A stretch of DNA of 64,000 bases from an uncultured Gammaproteobacteria bacterium (GCA_963848305.1 CAWKDC010000001.1:768001-832000), one strand, 5' to 3'; positions 39,605 through 50,163 are shown, counted from the first letter of the stretch. Made by a program: numbers and translations. Notes: generated from the sequence alone by a model not told the origin.

Positions 39605-40311
39605 AAAACCGCATCATTCTTGTCACAGGCGCAGGTGACGGCATTGGTCGCGTCGCGGCGAAAACATTTGCATCACAGGGTGCAACAGTGATTTTGCTTG
39701 GACGAACGCCGCAAAAATGTGAAGTTGTTTACGATGAAATCATGGCCATGAATGGCCCCACACCCGCGATCATACCGATGGATTTAAAAGGTGCGCGCCT
39801 TGAAGATTATCAACATTGCTGCGATATCATTGGGGCTGAATTTGGTCGACTTGACGGGATTTTACACAACGCGGGTTGGTTAGGTTCGCTCACGCCACTG
39901 GCACAATATCCCTTACAACAATGGTTCGATGTGATGCAAATTAATTTGAATGCGCCTTTTTTAATGACACAATCGCTTCTGCCCTTATTGAAATCTTCCC
40001 GAGATGCTTCTATCCTCTTTACAGTGGATGGTGTGGCACGCGAACCGCGCGCTTATTGGGGCGCTTATGCTGTTGCGAAAGCCGGGCTGGGCGCAATGAT
40101 GAAAGTCTGGGCAGAAGAATTGGAATCGAATACGCCCATTCGCGTGAATGCGATCAATCCAGGTCCGGTTGCGACGCACATGCGAAAACATGCTTTCCCA
40201 TTTGAGGATGCGTCAACATTACGCGCACCTGAAGCATTGATGAAAGATTATATTTATTGGATGGGCCAGAGAGTCAAGGCAGAACAGGGGAATGGATCAA
40301 TTTATGATTAA
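39586..40311 (+). CDS. yciK: YciK-family short-chain oxidoreductase
   Basis: [26 protein letters not shown]. Confidence 0.88.
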   Translation: MQTAILENRIILVTGAGDGIGRVAAKTFASQGATVILLGRTPQKCEVVYDEIMAMNGPTPAIIPMDLKGARLEDYQHCCDIIGAEFGRLDGILHNAGWLGSLTPLAQYPLQQWFDVMQINLNAPFLMTQSLLPLLKSSRDASILFTVDGVAREPRAYWGAYAVAKAGLGAMMKVWAEELESNTPIRVNAINPGPVATHMRKHAFPFEDASTLRAPEALMKDYIYWMGQRVKAEQGNGSIYD

Positions 40312-40966
40312 AATCATTGTGAATGGTGCCCAAGGAAAAATGGGACAAGAAACGGTGGCTGCTATTCAACAAGCACCCGACTTCTCATTGATTGGAACAC
40401 TCACACGCAGCGACAATCTTGCAGACAAAATCAAAACACTCAAACCCGATGTCGTCATTGATTTCACCACACCCAGCAGTGTTTTTGAGAATACCCAAAC
40501 CATCATTGCTGGCGGTGCACGTCCTGTGATTGGCACCACGGGGTTAACCATTTCACACATTGAAACACTTCAAAAAATGTGTCGAGACAAAAAATTGGGG
40601 GGCATTATTGCGCCCAATTTTTCACTCGGCGCTGTCTTGATGATGAAGATGGCGCAAATGGCCGCAGAATATTTTCCTGATATTGAAATCATTGAATACC
40701 ATCACCCCGCCAAAAAGGATTCCCCATCTGGCACTGCATTGAAAACAGCACAACTGATTCAACGTGATAATAAAATACCCATTCATTCTGTCAGATTGCC
40801 TGGTTTTGTGGCGTCACAAACCGTCATTTTCGGCGGCCAACAAGAAACACTGACCATTCACCACGACAGCATTCACCGGGAAGCGTTTATGCCCGGGGTG
40901 CTGATGGCTTGTAGAAAGGTGATGTTACTGGATGAGTTGATTTATGGGCTCGAGCAACTAATTTAG
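40304..40966 (+). CDS. dapB: 4-hydroxy-tetrahydrodipicolinate reductase
   Basis: [32 protein letters not shown]. Confidence 0.93.
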   Translation: MIKIIVNGAQGKMGQETVAAIQQAPDFSLIGTLTRSDNLADKIKTLKPDVVIDFTTPSSVFENTQTIIAGGARPVIGTTGLTISHIETLQKMCRDKKLGGIIAPNFSLGAVLMMKMAQMAAEYFPDIEIIEYHHPAKKDSPSGTALKTAQLIQRDNKIPIHSVRLPGFVASQTVIFGGQQETLTIHHDSIHREAFMPGVLMACRKVMLLDELIYGLEQLI

Positions 40967-42130
40967 CTTGTGCACCATCGCCTTCAATTTCCCAATGCGC
41001 ATTATAGAAAATTGTTTGTTCTGGCTTTTTCTTATAAAACAAATACTGTATGAAAAAGTGGGAACAAATCAATGGGAACATAATGGTAGGCAGCGGATCT
41101 CGCCAATTAAAAATCGCTTCTTTGGCATGAATAAATTGTTGAAACCATGCATCAAAATTATTTTTCACTGTGGTTCCTAAAATCCGCAGCATCGCTGCAC
41201 GGCTAATTTGTCTGGGTCTCTCGGGACAAATTAAATGGAATGGCTGCAATGCAAAGAAATGTTCAGCAATGTTATCGTCTTTTTCGAGCAAATGCACTCC
41301 ACTGGTAATACGTGGATTACATTCTATGGCATACAATGTGCCATCATTTGTGCGCATGAGATCAAACCCTAGCATCCCGGTAAAATTTGCTGCTTTCACA
41401 ATTTCAGACACGAAATCTAAAATGGATTGATCTTCAATGGCCTTGAAACAAACAGATGCACCATTTTCACGGTAAATATAAAGTGGCTTGTACGCTGCAT
41501 GACAACTCAATGTACCTGAGTGTGCCACACTAAAAGTGCAGAACCATTCACCTTCAATAAAATCTTGAACGAGAATTGGAAACACTGGATTCACGCTCAA
41601 AGCGTGTTCGTGATCACGGATTTTAATAATATCCACACCGCCACCGGTATAAGCAGGTTTCAACATGTGGGGATAAGGTACGGCATTTTCTGCCAGCAAT
41701 GCATGGTAAGCGTCTTTGCTGTCCACAATGCGTGTATTAGGAACCTTCAATCCTAATTGTGTCATCCAGGCCATGAATTTAGCTTTATTGTTAAGCGTAT
41801 CAATCATGGCTATTTGATCACAAATCACTTGTACATATCTGCTGAGTAATTTTTTATGTTTTGCAATAAAATATATTTCGTCGTAGGTCGGAATGAGATA
41901 ATCAATGCGATGTGTGATCAATAATTCTTTCAAAGTTTCAATGAAACCTGTTTCATCCTCAAGTGGGTTGGGCAATACGAATGCTTCTTTCACCGCATTT
42001 GAAAAAGTGCAAAAATGAATACGTCGCGATTCAGCAACATACACTTCGTGACCTAATTGGTTGAATTGTCTCGCCAATTCTAATGTAGCAGGCCACGACC
42101 CCCCGTCATTAGAACACGTTTTTTGGACAT
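40887..42130 (-). CDS. ATP-grasp domain protein, with a 1-nt frameshift near 42092
   Basis: [12 protein letters not shown] from ATG 42130 (GGAG RBS) is one base out of frame with PATLELAR; IPTYDE, LKPAY, QDFIEG and IECNPR present. Confidence 0.8.
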
Positions 42131-42133
42131 AGC

Positions 42134-42958
42134 TCACTCCGTTAAATAGAGATCAGGAAATAATTTCACTCCCTGTTTAACGGCATAAACATCAAAATCT
42201 TGAATACCCTCTTCGCGTAAAATGTTTTCATCAATGCAAAAATGACCCGTAAAAACCTTGGCATCACGCATTAAAATCGCGTGCGCTGCATCCGCGACAA
42301 TGTCCGGCTTGCGGCTTGCTTCGTAAATTGCTTTCGGGAAATTCACTTCAATGGCGGCTGTTGCAATCGTGGTTTTTGGCCACAAAGAATTAACGGCTAC
42401 ACCGAGCGGTTTGAATTCTGCAGACATGCCTAACGTACACATGCTCATACCATACTTTGACATCGTATAGGCAACATGATTTTTAAACCAGCGCGCTTCC
42501 ATGGATAACGGTGGTGACATCGTCAAAATATGACCATTGTCCGATTTTTTCAACAATGGCAAGCAAGCTTGTGAACAGGCGAAAGTTGCACGAACATTCA
42601 CAGAGAACATGAGATCAAAACGCTTCATGGGTGTATTTTCAGTGTCCGTCATGGAAATCGCACTGGCATTGTTCACCAGAATATCTAAGCCACCAAAAGT
42701 AGCTTCGATCTGCTTCACGACTTCAGCAATATTGTTTTCATCACGCACATCCAGTTTGCAAGCCAGGGCACGTCCACCCAATGCTTCAACTTCCTCAGCA
42801 ACGGATTGAATGGTGCCGGGTAATTTGGGATTCGGTGTATCACTTTTGGCGCCAATCACTACATTGGCTCCGTCCTTCGCGGCACGCAATGCGATCGCAC
42901 GTCCAATGCCACGGCTTGCACCGGTGATGAAGATGGTTTTGTTTTTGAGAGATTGCAT
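42134..42958 (-). CDS. SDR oxidoreductase (HSDL2-like)
   Basis: TGASRGIG, NNASAI, YTMSKYGMS, NSLWPKT. Confidence 0.9.
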   Translation of the reverse strand: MQSLKNKTIFITGASRGIGRAIALRAAKDGANVVIGAKSDTPNPKLPGTIQSVAEEVEALGGRALACKLDVRDENNIAEVVKQIEATFGGLDILVNNASAISMTDTENTPMKRFDLMFSVNVRATFACSQACLPLLKKSDNGHILTMSPPLSMEARWFKNHVAYTMSKYGMSMCTLGMSAEFKPLGVAVNSLWPKTTIATAAIEVNFPKAIYEASRKPDIVADAAHAILMRDAKVFTGHFCIDENILREEGIQDFDVYAVKQGVKLFPDLYLTE

Positions 42959-42976
42959 TGATGTATTTCCCTATGT

Positions 42977-45900
42977 TTAAGGCTCATCGAAGAACAGAAA
43001 GCCCTCATCATCGATGAGCGCAAGTTGTCCAGTCGCCACCCAGCCGGAAGTCTCTTCGAGCGGGGACATGCCCTGATTATCCAAATAGCCCAGCATTCTA
43101 AACGGTGTTTTGACCCACAGTTCACCCCTTTCGCCGTGAGGTAACTCCACATGGCTTTCAGGAGACACAATTTTAACAGATACATATGGCAACGGCTGCC
43201 CTACGGATCCCAACTTCGACCCGCGTTGCAATTGCCCCGGCGCACGCACATTCGGCGTGTTCATCGCAATTGGGCCAAGCTCTGGCGTGCCATAACCCTC
43301 AAGCAACAATAAACCAAATCGGTCTTGAAAAGCTTGTAGAAAATCCGCAGCCATCGGTTCACCATACGAAATGGCAAAACGAATAAAACTAAAATCTTCT
43401 GGACGCACCTCATCATAGTATCGATGATAAGTTTTTGCAATATCGAACAAGATGGTTGCCTTTGTATGACGCACGAATTCGCCAATGTCTCTGGGCTCGC
43501 GATGCGGGTCACCATAATAAAATACACCCATGCCCGATAATAAGGGAAACCAAAAAGACCCCAGTGTGCCCATCGTGGTATAAAAAGGAACGACGCCTAA
43601 GACACGATCACGGCTACTGGTCTCATTAAATACTTGTGCAAAACTCAGCACAGGGGCAATCACACCTTGATGCGACAAAGCAAGCGGACGCTTGACTTCA
43701 TCATGTGTCCAGATCACCACGGCGGGATCATGCGGATTTTTGATGGGAAAACCCAACACGCGCATTAATAAGCGTGCAGGCAAGATTAATAATGAATGGA
43801 TATAAAGAGGATAAGCGAATGGGATGGTGGATTTCCATAGATTAAAATCTTCCAAGCCCGCAGGCACTAAATGTCCTAATGCTTCAATACGTTCCTCTGT
43901 CGTGAAAATATGCTGTAATTGCGCGCTTTTCATGTGCTGCTCTAATTTGACAGGATCACGAGACAATGGCAAATTCACCACCATCTTCCCTGCGAAAACA
44001 GCCGCTAAATTTAAAATAGTGGCATCCACACTCGGCGGCAACAACACACCTATTCGATCGACCTCTCCATATTGCTGTTGCAAGCGCTTCGCCATGTGCA
44101 TACTTTTCGTTAATAACATCCCATAAGTGAGTGTCGGGCTGACATTATCACCAACAGCCGGCTGCCAGGTACGCCAACGGGTTGCTTGCAGTAATCGAAT
44201 GGGTAATATATCGTTTCTTGATTGCGAATGTGCCTGCGCTTCATTGCCCAACTCTTGAACACGTTGACGCACTTCCCACGCCTGACTATGAGAAGGCATT
44301 GGCTCACCAAACGAAACACCCACTTCAATTGGGAGACGCCGTGGCAGTTTCCAAAAAAACTTCCCTTGTGAATAGGAAAAAATACTGTCCCATAATTTAT
44401 CTAAATTCACGGGGATAATGGGAGCATCCAACCCTTCCATGATCCGCTCAAATCCTCGACGAAATGGCAATAAATTACCCGTGCGCGTGATACGCCCTTC
44501 TGCGAAAATACACACCACGTGACCCGACATCAATGCTTCTCTGGCTGCCAATAATGCTGCATCAACATCTTTTGAGCCACCTTCGATCGGAATTGCATGG
44601 GCAAGTTTGAGTATCCATCGAAATGCCCTCATCTCATAATAATCACGATGCACAAGATATCGAATAAATCGGGGCACCACAGCGCTGATGATCAAGGCAT
44701 CAATGAATGAGACATGGTTGCACACAATCAGGGCAGGACCTGTTTTAGGCAAATTTTCTTCGTTGTAAACATGCACTCGGTAAATGGTGTGCATGATCAT
44801 GAGTAATATAAAGCGCACGAAAAATGCTGGCAGTAAATAAACAGCAAACATTGTTGCGCCGAGTGTCATGAGCCCCCAAAATAGAAAAATGTTTGATGGG
44901 TTGAGCTCGAGATAGCGTTGCAACACCAATGTGATCATTAAGCCCATGGCCATCGCACTGTCTGCAAAGAAATTGTTGGTGGCAATCAGACGTCCTTTTT
45001 GGCGCGGTTGCGGCAAATCTTGCAGCAACGATTTTAATGGAACAATGAAAAAGCCTGTGAAAATACTCGAGATCGTTAAGAAAGCGTATGTCCCCCACAA
45101 ACCCGGTTCAAAAAAACCTAAGCAAGTCATACCAACCGCGGTTCCCCCCAATCCCAGGGGAATCAAACCATATTCAATGCGTTCTCCTGAAATACGACCC
45201 GCCAATAAACTGCCCACGCTAATGCCAACAGCTGTCATCACCATCAGCGCTGCCGTGCCTGCATGACTGGTTCCCAATACTTTTTCAGCATACATCAATA
45301 AATTAGTCTGAAAAACCATGGCCAAGCACCAGAAAAAACAAACGCCTGCCACCACTAGGCTTAAAAATCGATGACCACGCAACACTGACAAACCAGATAA
45401 CACTTCTCCCCACGGGTTGAATCGAAAACGTCTGCGCTTCGCTTTGGCCAGTACTTTCGGAATGAAAAAACTGGTGAAGATGCCCAGGACTGCCACTGCG
45501 ATCAGGATCATGGCATTGATCCACATATGATGACGGAACAATTGCAACAAAAGACCACCCAACCCGCCGCCTAAAATGATCGCAACATAAGTCGATGTTT
45601 CTATCAACCCATTCGCACGCGCGAGGGCTTCACGCGGCACGAGCTCGGGCACAATCCCATATTTAGCCGGGCTGAACATGGTTGTCTGTGTGGCCATCGC
45701 AAAAACAACACCCAGCAATAAGACATGCGCCTCTTTTTCTAATGCCCCCATGGCAAATACCATGCAGGCTAATTCTGCAAATTTTGCGCAGATCATCACG
45801 GTGCGCTTGCTGAATTTATCGGCAAAATATCCAGAATAACCTGAAAATAAAATACCAGGGATCAAGAAAATAAGACCGATCAATGAAATGGTTTCTCCAT

Positions 45901-46054
45901 GAACGGCTGTTTCCACCAATAAGAGTGACACAATTAATCGGTACAAATTGTCGTTCAATGCGCTTAGAAACTGTGTGACCAAAAAGGCCATAAACCCACG
46001 GTTTATCAATAAATCGCGATAAGAATTCACTGTCGTGATCACACTATTTTCCAT
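42977..46054 (-). CDS. LplT-MFS + acyltransferase + degenerate AMP-binding fusion (Aas-like)
   Basis: TQFLSALNDN MFS start; NHVSFID and FAEG acyltransferase motifs; LEGYG adenylation remnant. Confidence 0.88.
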   Translation of the reverse strand: MENSVITTVNSYRDLLINRGFMAFLVTQFLSALNDNLYRLIVSLLLVETAVHGETISLIGLIFLIPGILFSGYSGYFADKFSKRTVMICAKFAELACMVFAMGALEKEAHVLLLGVVFAMATQTTMFSPAKYGIVPELVPREALARANGLIETSTYVAIILGGGLGGLLLQLFRHHMWINAMILIAVAVLGIFTSFFIPKVLAKAKRRRFRFNPWGEVLSGLSVLRGHRFLSLVVAGVCFFWCLAMVFQTNLLMYAEKVLGTSHAGTAALMVMTAVGISVGSLLAGRISGERIEYGLIPLGLGGTAVGMTCLGFFEPGLWGTYAFLTISSIFTGFFIVPLKSLLQDLPQPRQKGRLIATNNFFADSAMAMGLMITLVLQRYLELNPSNIFLFWGLMTLGATMFAVYLLPAFFVRFILLMIMHTIYRVHVYNEENLPKTGPALIVCNHVSFIDALIISAVVPRFIRYLVHRDYYEMRAFRWILKLAHAIPIEGGSKDVDAALLAAREALMSGHVVCIFAEGRITRTGNLLPFRRGFERIMEGLDAPIIPVNLDKLWDSIFSYSQGKFFWKLPRRLPIEVGVSFGEPMPSHSQAWEVRQRVQELGNEAQAHSQSRNDILPIRLLQATRWRTWQPAVGDNVSPTLTYGMLLTKSMHMAKRLQQQYGEVDRIGVLLPPSVDATILNLAAVFAGKMVVNLPLSRDPVKLEQHMKSAQLQHIFTTEERIEALGHLVPAGLEDFNLWKSTIPFAYPLYIHSLLILPARLLMRVLGFPIKNPHDPAVVIWTHDEVKRPLALSHQGVIAPVLSFAQVFNETSSRDRVLGVVPFYTTMGTLGSFWFPLLSGMGVFYYGDPHREPRDIGEFVRHTKATILFDIAKTYHRYYDEVRPEDFSFIRFAISYGEPMAADFLQAFQDRFGLLLLEGYGTPELGPIAMNTPNVRAPGQLQRGSKLGSVGQPLPYVSVKIVSPESHVELPHGERGELWVKTPFRMLGYLDNQGMSPLEETSGWVATGQLALIDDEGFLFFDEP

Positions 46055-46066
46055 TCACAATTCCTT

Positions 46067-46591
46067 TTATGACATCACACGTTGCGACAAGCGCATACAG
46101 AAACCCTCTTCACACTTTATCACCCATTGTTTCTTAAACAACGTACCCGAGGGATGGGCTCCTAACGCGTTGAAACGATAAAAAACGACATCTTCGTCAA
46201 GCGACTCCATGATCACATGCACCTCAATCCCGCTAGCATCACGCAAATGCACAGCCCTTTGGCTGATACGCCAAACGGATGGCGGCGCTGTGGGCCAGGT
46301 GTTAACACCCTCCCAGGGACTTTCTCCCGCAGGAAATGCATCTGGTCGCTGAACTAGGTTTGCCAGAGCCTTGTCTACCGCGAATGCCGTTCTCACGGTC
46401 GCATCGTGCCACTGGTTCACACGCGCCAAATGCATCTGTTGGCTGGCGATATGCATTGCGCCTAGAGATAATAATAGCAGGAGAAGCAAGATGGGAGAGA
46501 GGATCTCGCCGTTCTGGTAACAACCCCCACGCAATGGGTGCACAGATGCACCGCCTCTTTTATCTAATTCCCTACCCATATCGTCATCCAT
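46067..46591 (-). CDS. PilX-like minor pilin-related protein (start uncertain)
   Basis: Hydrophobic N-terminal helix; third gene of a V-W-X-like trio. Confidence 0.4.
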   Translation of the reverse strand: MDDDMGRELDKRGGASVHPLRGGCYQNGEILSPILLLLLLLSLGAMHIASQQMHLARVNQWHDATVRTAFAVDKALANLVQRPDAFPAGESPWEGVNTWPTAPPSVWRISQRAVHLRDASGIEVHVIMESLDEDVVFYRFNALGAHPSGTLFKKQWVIKCEEGFCMRLSQRVMS

Positions 46592-47235
46592 TCGTGTTGA
46601 TACTTGACCTGTACTGTGAGTAGCCCCCCATCAAATTCACAGCGAAACCCTTCCAAATGGGACAACAGGTTAAGCGCGTCTTTGGATGGGGATATCGATT
46701 TCTGCATCAATCCTAACCCATCCTCTGTGTGCTGAAGGTAAAACGCCGTGATTTCCCAGGGACTAATCACTTTGTGAGCACGGTATTCATGCTTAAAAGT
46801 GATGCTTGCCCCCTCCGATTGCCGGTAGATTTCGGCATGAAACCCATCATCTATCGCGTACCATCCCGACGCAGGATATTCCGATGAGGGATTGGCAGCT
46901 TCTAGGATCAGCACATCAGATCCTTTTGCCACCTTGCCATGTAATTCAATGGGTAATGCGGGCGACCATCCGTGTGCAAGCGCATGATGTACCGTGATTG
47001 CTCGACTCGGTATTGATTGAATCCCTGAAAACCCGGCATTTTGAACAAGCGGCTCCAGCCGTAATAGTATTTGTCGAACGATATTCAGTCGCGCAATGTC
47101 TTTTTTCACTTGATCTCCTGCTCGATGCTGCACCACAAACATGCTTTCACATATCAATAGAATGGTTGCCATTAAACCCATTGCAACCAAACACTCTAGC
47201 AGTGAAAAGCCTCTTATTATTCTAAAACCCAACAC
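46564..47235 (-). CDS. PilW-like prepilin
   Basis: RG|FSLLECLVAM prepilin motif; VQNAGF; GSDVL. Confidence 0.65.
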   Translation of the reverse strand: MLGFRIIRGFSLLECLVAMGLMATILLICESMFVVQHRAGDQVKKDIARLNIVRQILLRLEPLVQNAGFSGIQSIPSRAITVHHALAHGWSPALPIELHGKVAKGSDVLILEAANPSSEYPASGWYAIDDGFHAEIYRQSEGASITFKHEYRAHKVISPWEITAFYLQHTEDGLGLMQKSISPSKDALNLLSHLEGFRCEFDGGLLTVQVKYQHEWMTIWVGN

Positions 47236-47540
47236 GCACTGCCCTCCCAACACAATTGAATAGCACCTTGCGGGTGCCAATCGATGTGAGTGTCGGGTGC
47301 AGGCAATGTGTTTTTCAAACTGTCTTCCCAATGACTATGCACCGAATAGATATAATGTTGTTGAATATAACGCGCACTCGTCGCATGGATGAGCGCCCAA
47401 GTTTGCGCTTGTAATATTTTCTGATGACGCAATGATTTTACGTGTAAAATCAACAATAATGACAATGCAATGCCTACGCAACTCAGTGCGATGAGACATT
47501 GCAGCAGCATGAAGCCATGGATGTTGAGGTTTGTGCGCAT
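47217..47540 (-). CDS. PilV-like prepilin
   Basis: HG|FMLLQCLIAL; C-terminal W...LP...IQLCW. Confidence 0.55.
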   Translation of the reverse strand: MRTNLNIHGFMLLQCLIALSCVGIALSLLLILHVKSLRHQKILQAQTWALIHATSARYIQQHYIYSVHSHWEDSLKNTLPAPDTHIDWHPQGAIQLCWEGSACWVLE

Positions 47541-47754
47541 TTTTTATTTTTATGTTGTGAGCGTGCGAAGAATATTAAATGATGTAAAATGAAATGTCAA
47601 GGAGCTTGCATTTTTTATCTGAATGACAGCTGTTTATCATCGCGATGTTCTGTTTGCGCCTGAACTTTTCGCCTTATCAGCTTCCTTCCAAGCACCGGAA
47701 CGCTCGAGCACTCGGATCGATTCATTAGCATCATACTTTTTATTTGGCATATTA

Positions 47755-48015
47755 TCATAGAATTTCTTCTATTGATTTAGCATCCAATACCCTTTCGGCC
47801 AGTTCAAGCAAATCTTCCGCAGATTTGCCTTTCAGAATCAGCTCTTGCGATTCAGATAATGTGCCAAAACGTTTCATGAGCAGACGCTTGAGCATGGCGA
47901 ATTCACCTTTTTGCCGACCTTGTTCCAAACCCTGTTCCAAACCCTGTTGCATTCCCTCTTGCAATCCTTCTGCAATGGCCTTTTGTTTCCAAATATCAAT
48001 GTTTCGACTTAACAT
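47755..48015 (-). CDS. Putative intragenic RpnS small protein (86 aa)
   Basis: In-frame ATG 48015 preceded by AGGAGGAG at an 8-nt spacing. Confidence 0.65.
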   Translation of the reverse strand: MLSRNIDIWKQKAIAEGLQEGMQQGLEQGLEQGRQKGEFAMLKRLLMKRFGTLSESQELILKGKSAEDLLELAERVLDAKSIEEIL

Positions 48016-48741
48016 ATTTACCACTCCTCCTAATTCATTGGCTGTTGATTGGGGCAAAATCTTTTTTTCTTTCAGCACCCGATTGATATAAACAGCGAAA
48101 GCTCGTCGTAAGCTATCAAACTCTTGCCCCTGTAAACGCTCCCCTAGACGTCGAACTCTTTCTGGTATCTCAGAGGATTCCTGACATTGCTCAATCGCTA
48201 CCAAGGAAGTGACCAAGTTGTCATTATTATCGGATTTGTCAATTATATACCTCCCCTCATCCAAAAGCCAACACTCCAGGTCAGGTTGATATTTTTTCAA
48301 TATTTTCGGCAAGTTATCTGGAACGAGTTGACTGAAACTGACGGCAGCATTCCACGGTTTTTCTCCTGCATACAATATCATCGGTAAAACTGGCGGCAAT
48401 TGCTTTGATTGCCTTACTTCACCATCTTCTTTAATAATATCCTGATAAATGAGCGAGATATAAGATAGCATCCTAACAACCATAAATGGGTCGATGGTTG
48501 ATTGAAATTCAATCAACATCAGCAAGTACAGCCATTGCCCTTTCCATTGTACTTTCCAAACAATATCTGATGCACGCTCACGCAGATTTTCGTCGATGTA
48601 TTCTTTGTTAAGTCTGCGCAATGTTTGAAAATCTAACTCGTGTACCAAATCGTGATCAAAAAAACCAGTTAACAAGTCCTTGATCATTGCTGGCTCTGAG
48701 AAAAGCAGTTTATAGGAGTGATCGTAATCAATTTTTTTCAT
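47755..48741 (-). CDS. Rpn-family (YhgA-like, PD-(D/E)XK) nuclease
   Basis: YDHSYKLLFS, ERASDIVWKV, LIEFQS, PPVLPMILYAG, C-terminal EGxxxG repeats. Start moved to ATG 48741. Confidence 0.92.
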   Translation of the reverse strand: MKKIDYDHSYKLLFSEPAMIKDLLTGFFDHDLVHELDFQTLRRLNKEYIDENLRERASDIVWKVQWKGQWLYLLMLIEFQSTIDPFMVVRMLSYISLIYQDIIKEDGEVRQSKQLPPVLPMILYAGEKPWNAAVSFSQLVPDNLPKILKKYQPDLECWLLDEGRYIIDKSDNNDNLVTSLVAIEQCQESSEIPERVRRLGERLQGQEFDSLRRAFAVYINRVLKEKKILPQSTANELGGVVNMLSRNIDIWKQKAIAEGLQEGMQQGLEQGLEQGRQKGEFAMLKRLLMKRFGTLSESQELILKGKSAEDLLELAERVLDAKSIEEIL

Positions 48742-48795
48742 AGTAGCACCTTTATTATTATTAATTGCGTGCATACTACCACAAATCAAAATGTT

Positions 48796-49683
48796 TTACA
48801 CCATCGTACGGGGATGCAAACGCCCATCGATCATTTCGCCAAGACCCAGCAGACGGTTATTCGGATCGAGAATACGCACAAAACCAGTCTCAGGAGCATC
48901 GGACAAGGTAATCGACTGGCCTTGCGTAATGTAATGCACCGCAACCATCGGCAAATGCACTGCAGGAAAATGCATCATCGCGCTCGATAAAGGCTGAACT
49001 GTTTTTAATAATGCATCCATGCCTTCTTCTTGATGTATTTTTTTTAAATCATCGAGAGAATGTAATGATTCACTCAAAAACGGCCCGACTTGTGTGCGAT
49101 GCAATGCATGCACATGAGCAACGGTACCCAATTTTTTTGCGATGTCTTCAACGAGCGTGCGTACATAGGTTCCCTTAGAGCAACGAACGCGCGCGTGAAA
49201 ATAATTGTCTTCAACGCCAAGCAATGTGAGCTCATGCAAAGTAATCTCACGCGCAGGTCGATCAATCTCAATACCGGCACGGGCGTATTCATATAAAGGG
49301 CGGCCTTGATGTTTGATTGCAGCGTACATCGAGGGAATTTGAAAGGTTGTGCCTAAAAAACCGTCAAACACATAAGGAATATTGTTTGCCCATCCTTCAG
49401 GTGGTGCCACTTCGGCAATCACATCGCCTTCGCGATCCGCTGTGCTGGTTTGTTGGCCGAGTGCCGCTGTGAATTCGTACGTTTTATCTGAATCGAGTAA
49501 ATACTGTGAAAAACGCGTGGCGGCACCAAAACAAATCGGTAACATGCCTGTCGCAAGCGGATCAAGGCTGCCTGTGTGTCCGGCTTTTTTGGCTTGAAAC
49601 AAACGTTTGACATCTTGCAGTGCATGATTAGAGGTTCGTTCGATTGCTTTATTGAGGAGGAGAAAGCCGGTGATGTTTTGCAT
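48796..49683 (-). CDS. truB: tRNA pseudouridine(55) synthase
   Basis: KAGHTGSLDPLATG, CSKGTYVRTL. Confidence 0.96.
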   Translation of the reverse strand: MQNITGFLLLNKAIERTSNHALQDVKRLFQAKKAGHTGSLDPLATGMLPICFGAATRFSQYLLDSDKTYEFTAALGQQTSTADREGDVIAEVAPPEGWANNIPYVFDGFLGTTFQIPSMYAAIKHQGRPLYEYARAGIEIDRPAREITLHELTLLGVEDNYFHARVRCSKGTYVRTLVEDIAKKLGTVAHVHALHRTQVGPFLSESLHSLDDLKKIHQEEGMDALLKTVQPLSSAMMHFPAVHLPMVAVHYITQGQSITLSDAPETGFVRILDPNNRLLGLGEMIDGRLHPRTMV

Positions 49684-49728
49684 GTGTATTGTCCTGATTA
49701 ATAAATCCCCCGATTCGCGCACGTACGT

Positions 49729-49756
49729 GTAGGGGCCATATTTGCGCTCGTGACCC
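49729..49756 (+). repeat. GTAG-type REP-like repeat
   Basis: GTAGGGGCCATATTTGCGCTCGTGACCC, an inverted partner of 50134-50163. Confidence 0.65.
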
Positions 49757-49767
49757 ACACAGGGATC

Positions 49768-50091
49768 CTACAATAACGATTCGATTAATCGAATTTGATC
49801 AAGCGTATCATCGTAATGAAAAAATAATTCGGGGGTTGAGCGCATTTTTAAACTGCGCGCGAGTTCGGTCCGTAAAAAACCTTTAGCGCTGGTGAGTACC
49901 TTGTCAATGCCAGGCGTCGGGGTGATCAGTGTGTAAAATACTTTTGCCGTACGCAAATCCGCAGCCACTTGGACACGTGTGATATTCACTTGTTTTAATC
50001 GCTCATCTTCTGTTTTTGTCAACAAAACCTCAGCCAACAGGCGTGCGATTTGTTTGTTGACGCGATCGGTTCTTTTAAAACTTGTCGGCAT
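49768..50091 (-). CDS. rbfA: Ribosome-binding factor A
   Basis: RTDRV, DLRTAKVF, TPELFFHYD; lies between infB and truB. Confidence 0.93.
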   Translation of the reverse strand: MPTSFKRTDRVNKQIARLLAEVLLTKTEDERLKQVNITRVQVAADLRTAKVFYTLITPTPGIDKVLTSAKGFLRTELARSLKMRSTPELFFHYDDTLDQIRLIESLL

Positions 50092-50133
50092 AACTTCTCC
50101 GATGATCGGTTCACACTACAACCCCCTCCCCTT

Positions 50134-50163
50134 CGGGGCACGGGCGCAAATATGCGCCCCTAC
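50134..50163 (-). repeat. GTAG-type REP-like repeat overlapping the infB stop
   Basis: Minus strand GTAGGGGCGCATATTTGCGCCCGTGCCCCG. Confidence 0.65.

Noticed and set aside
47637-47750. 37-codon minus-strand ORF (MPNKKYDANE...) after rpn
   Set aside because: No clear RBS or recognisable motif; cannot be supported.
47918-47968. 12-nt-period tandem repeat
   Set aside because: Encodes the normal EGxxxG repeats of the Rpn C-terminus.
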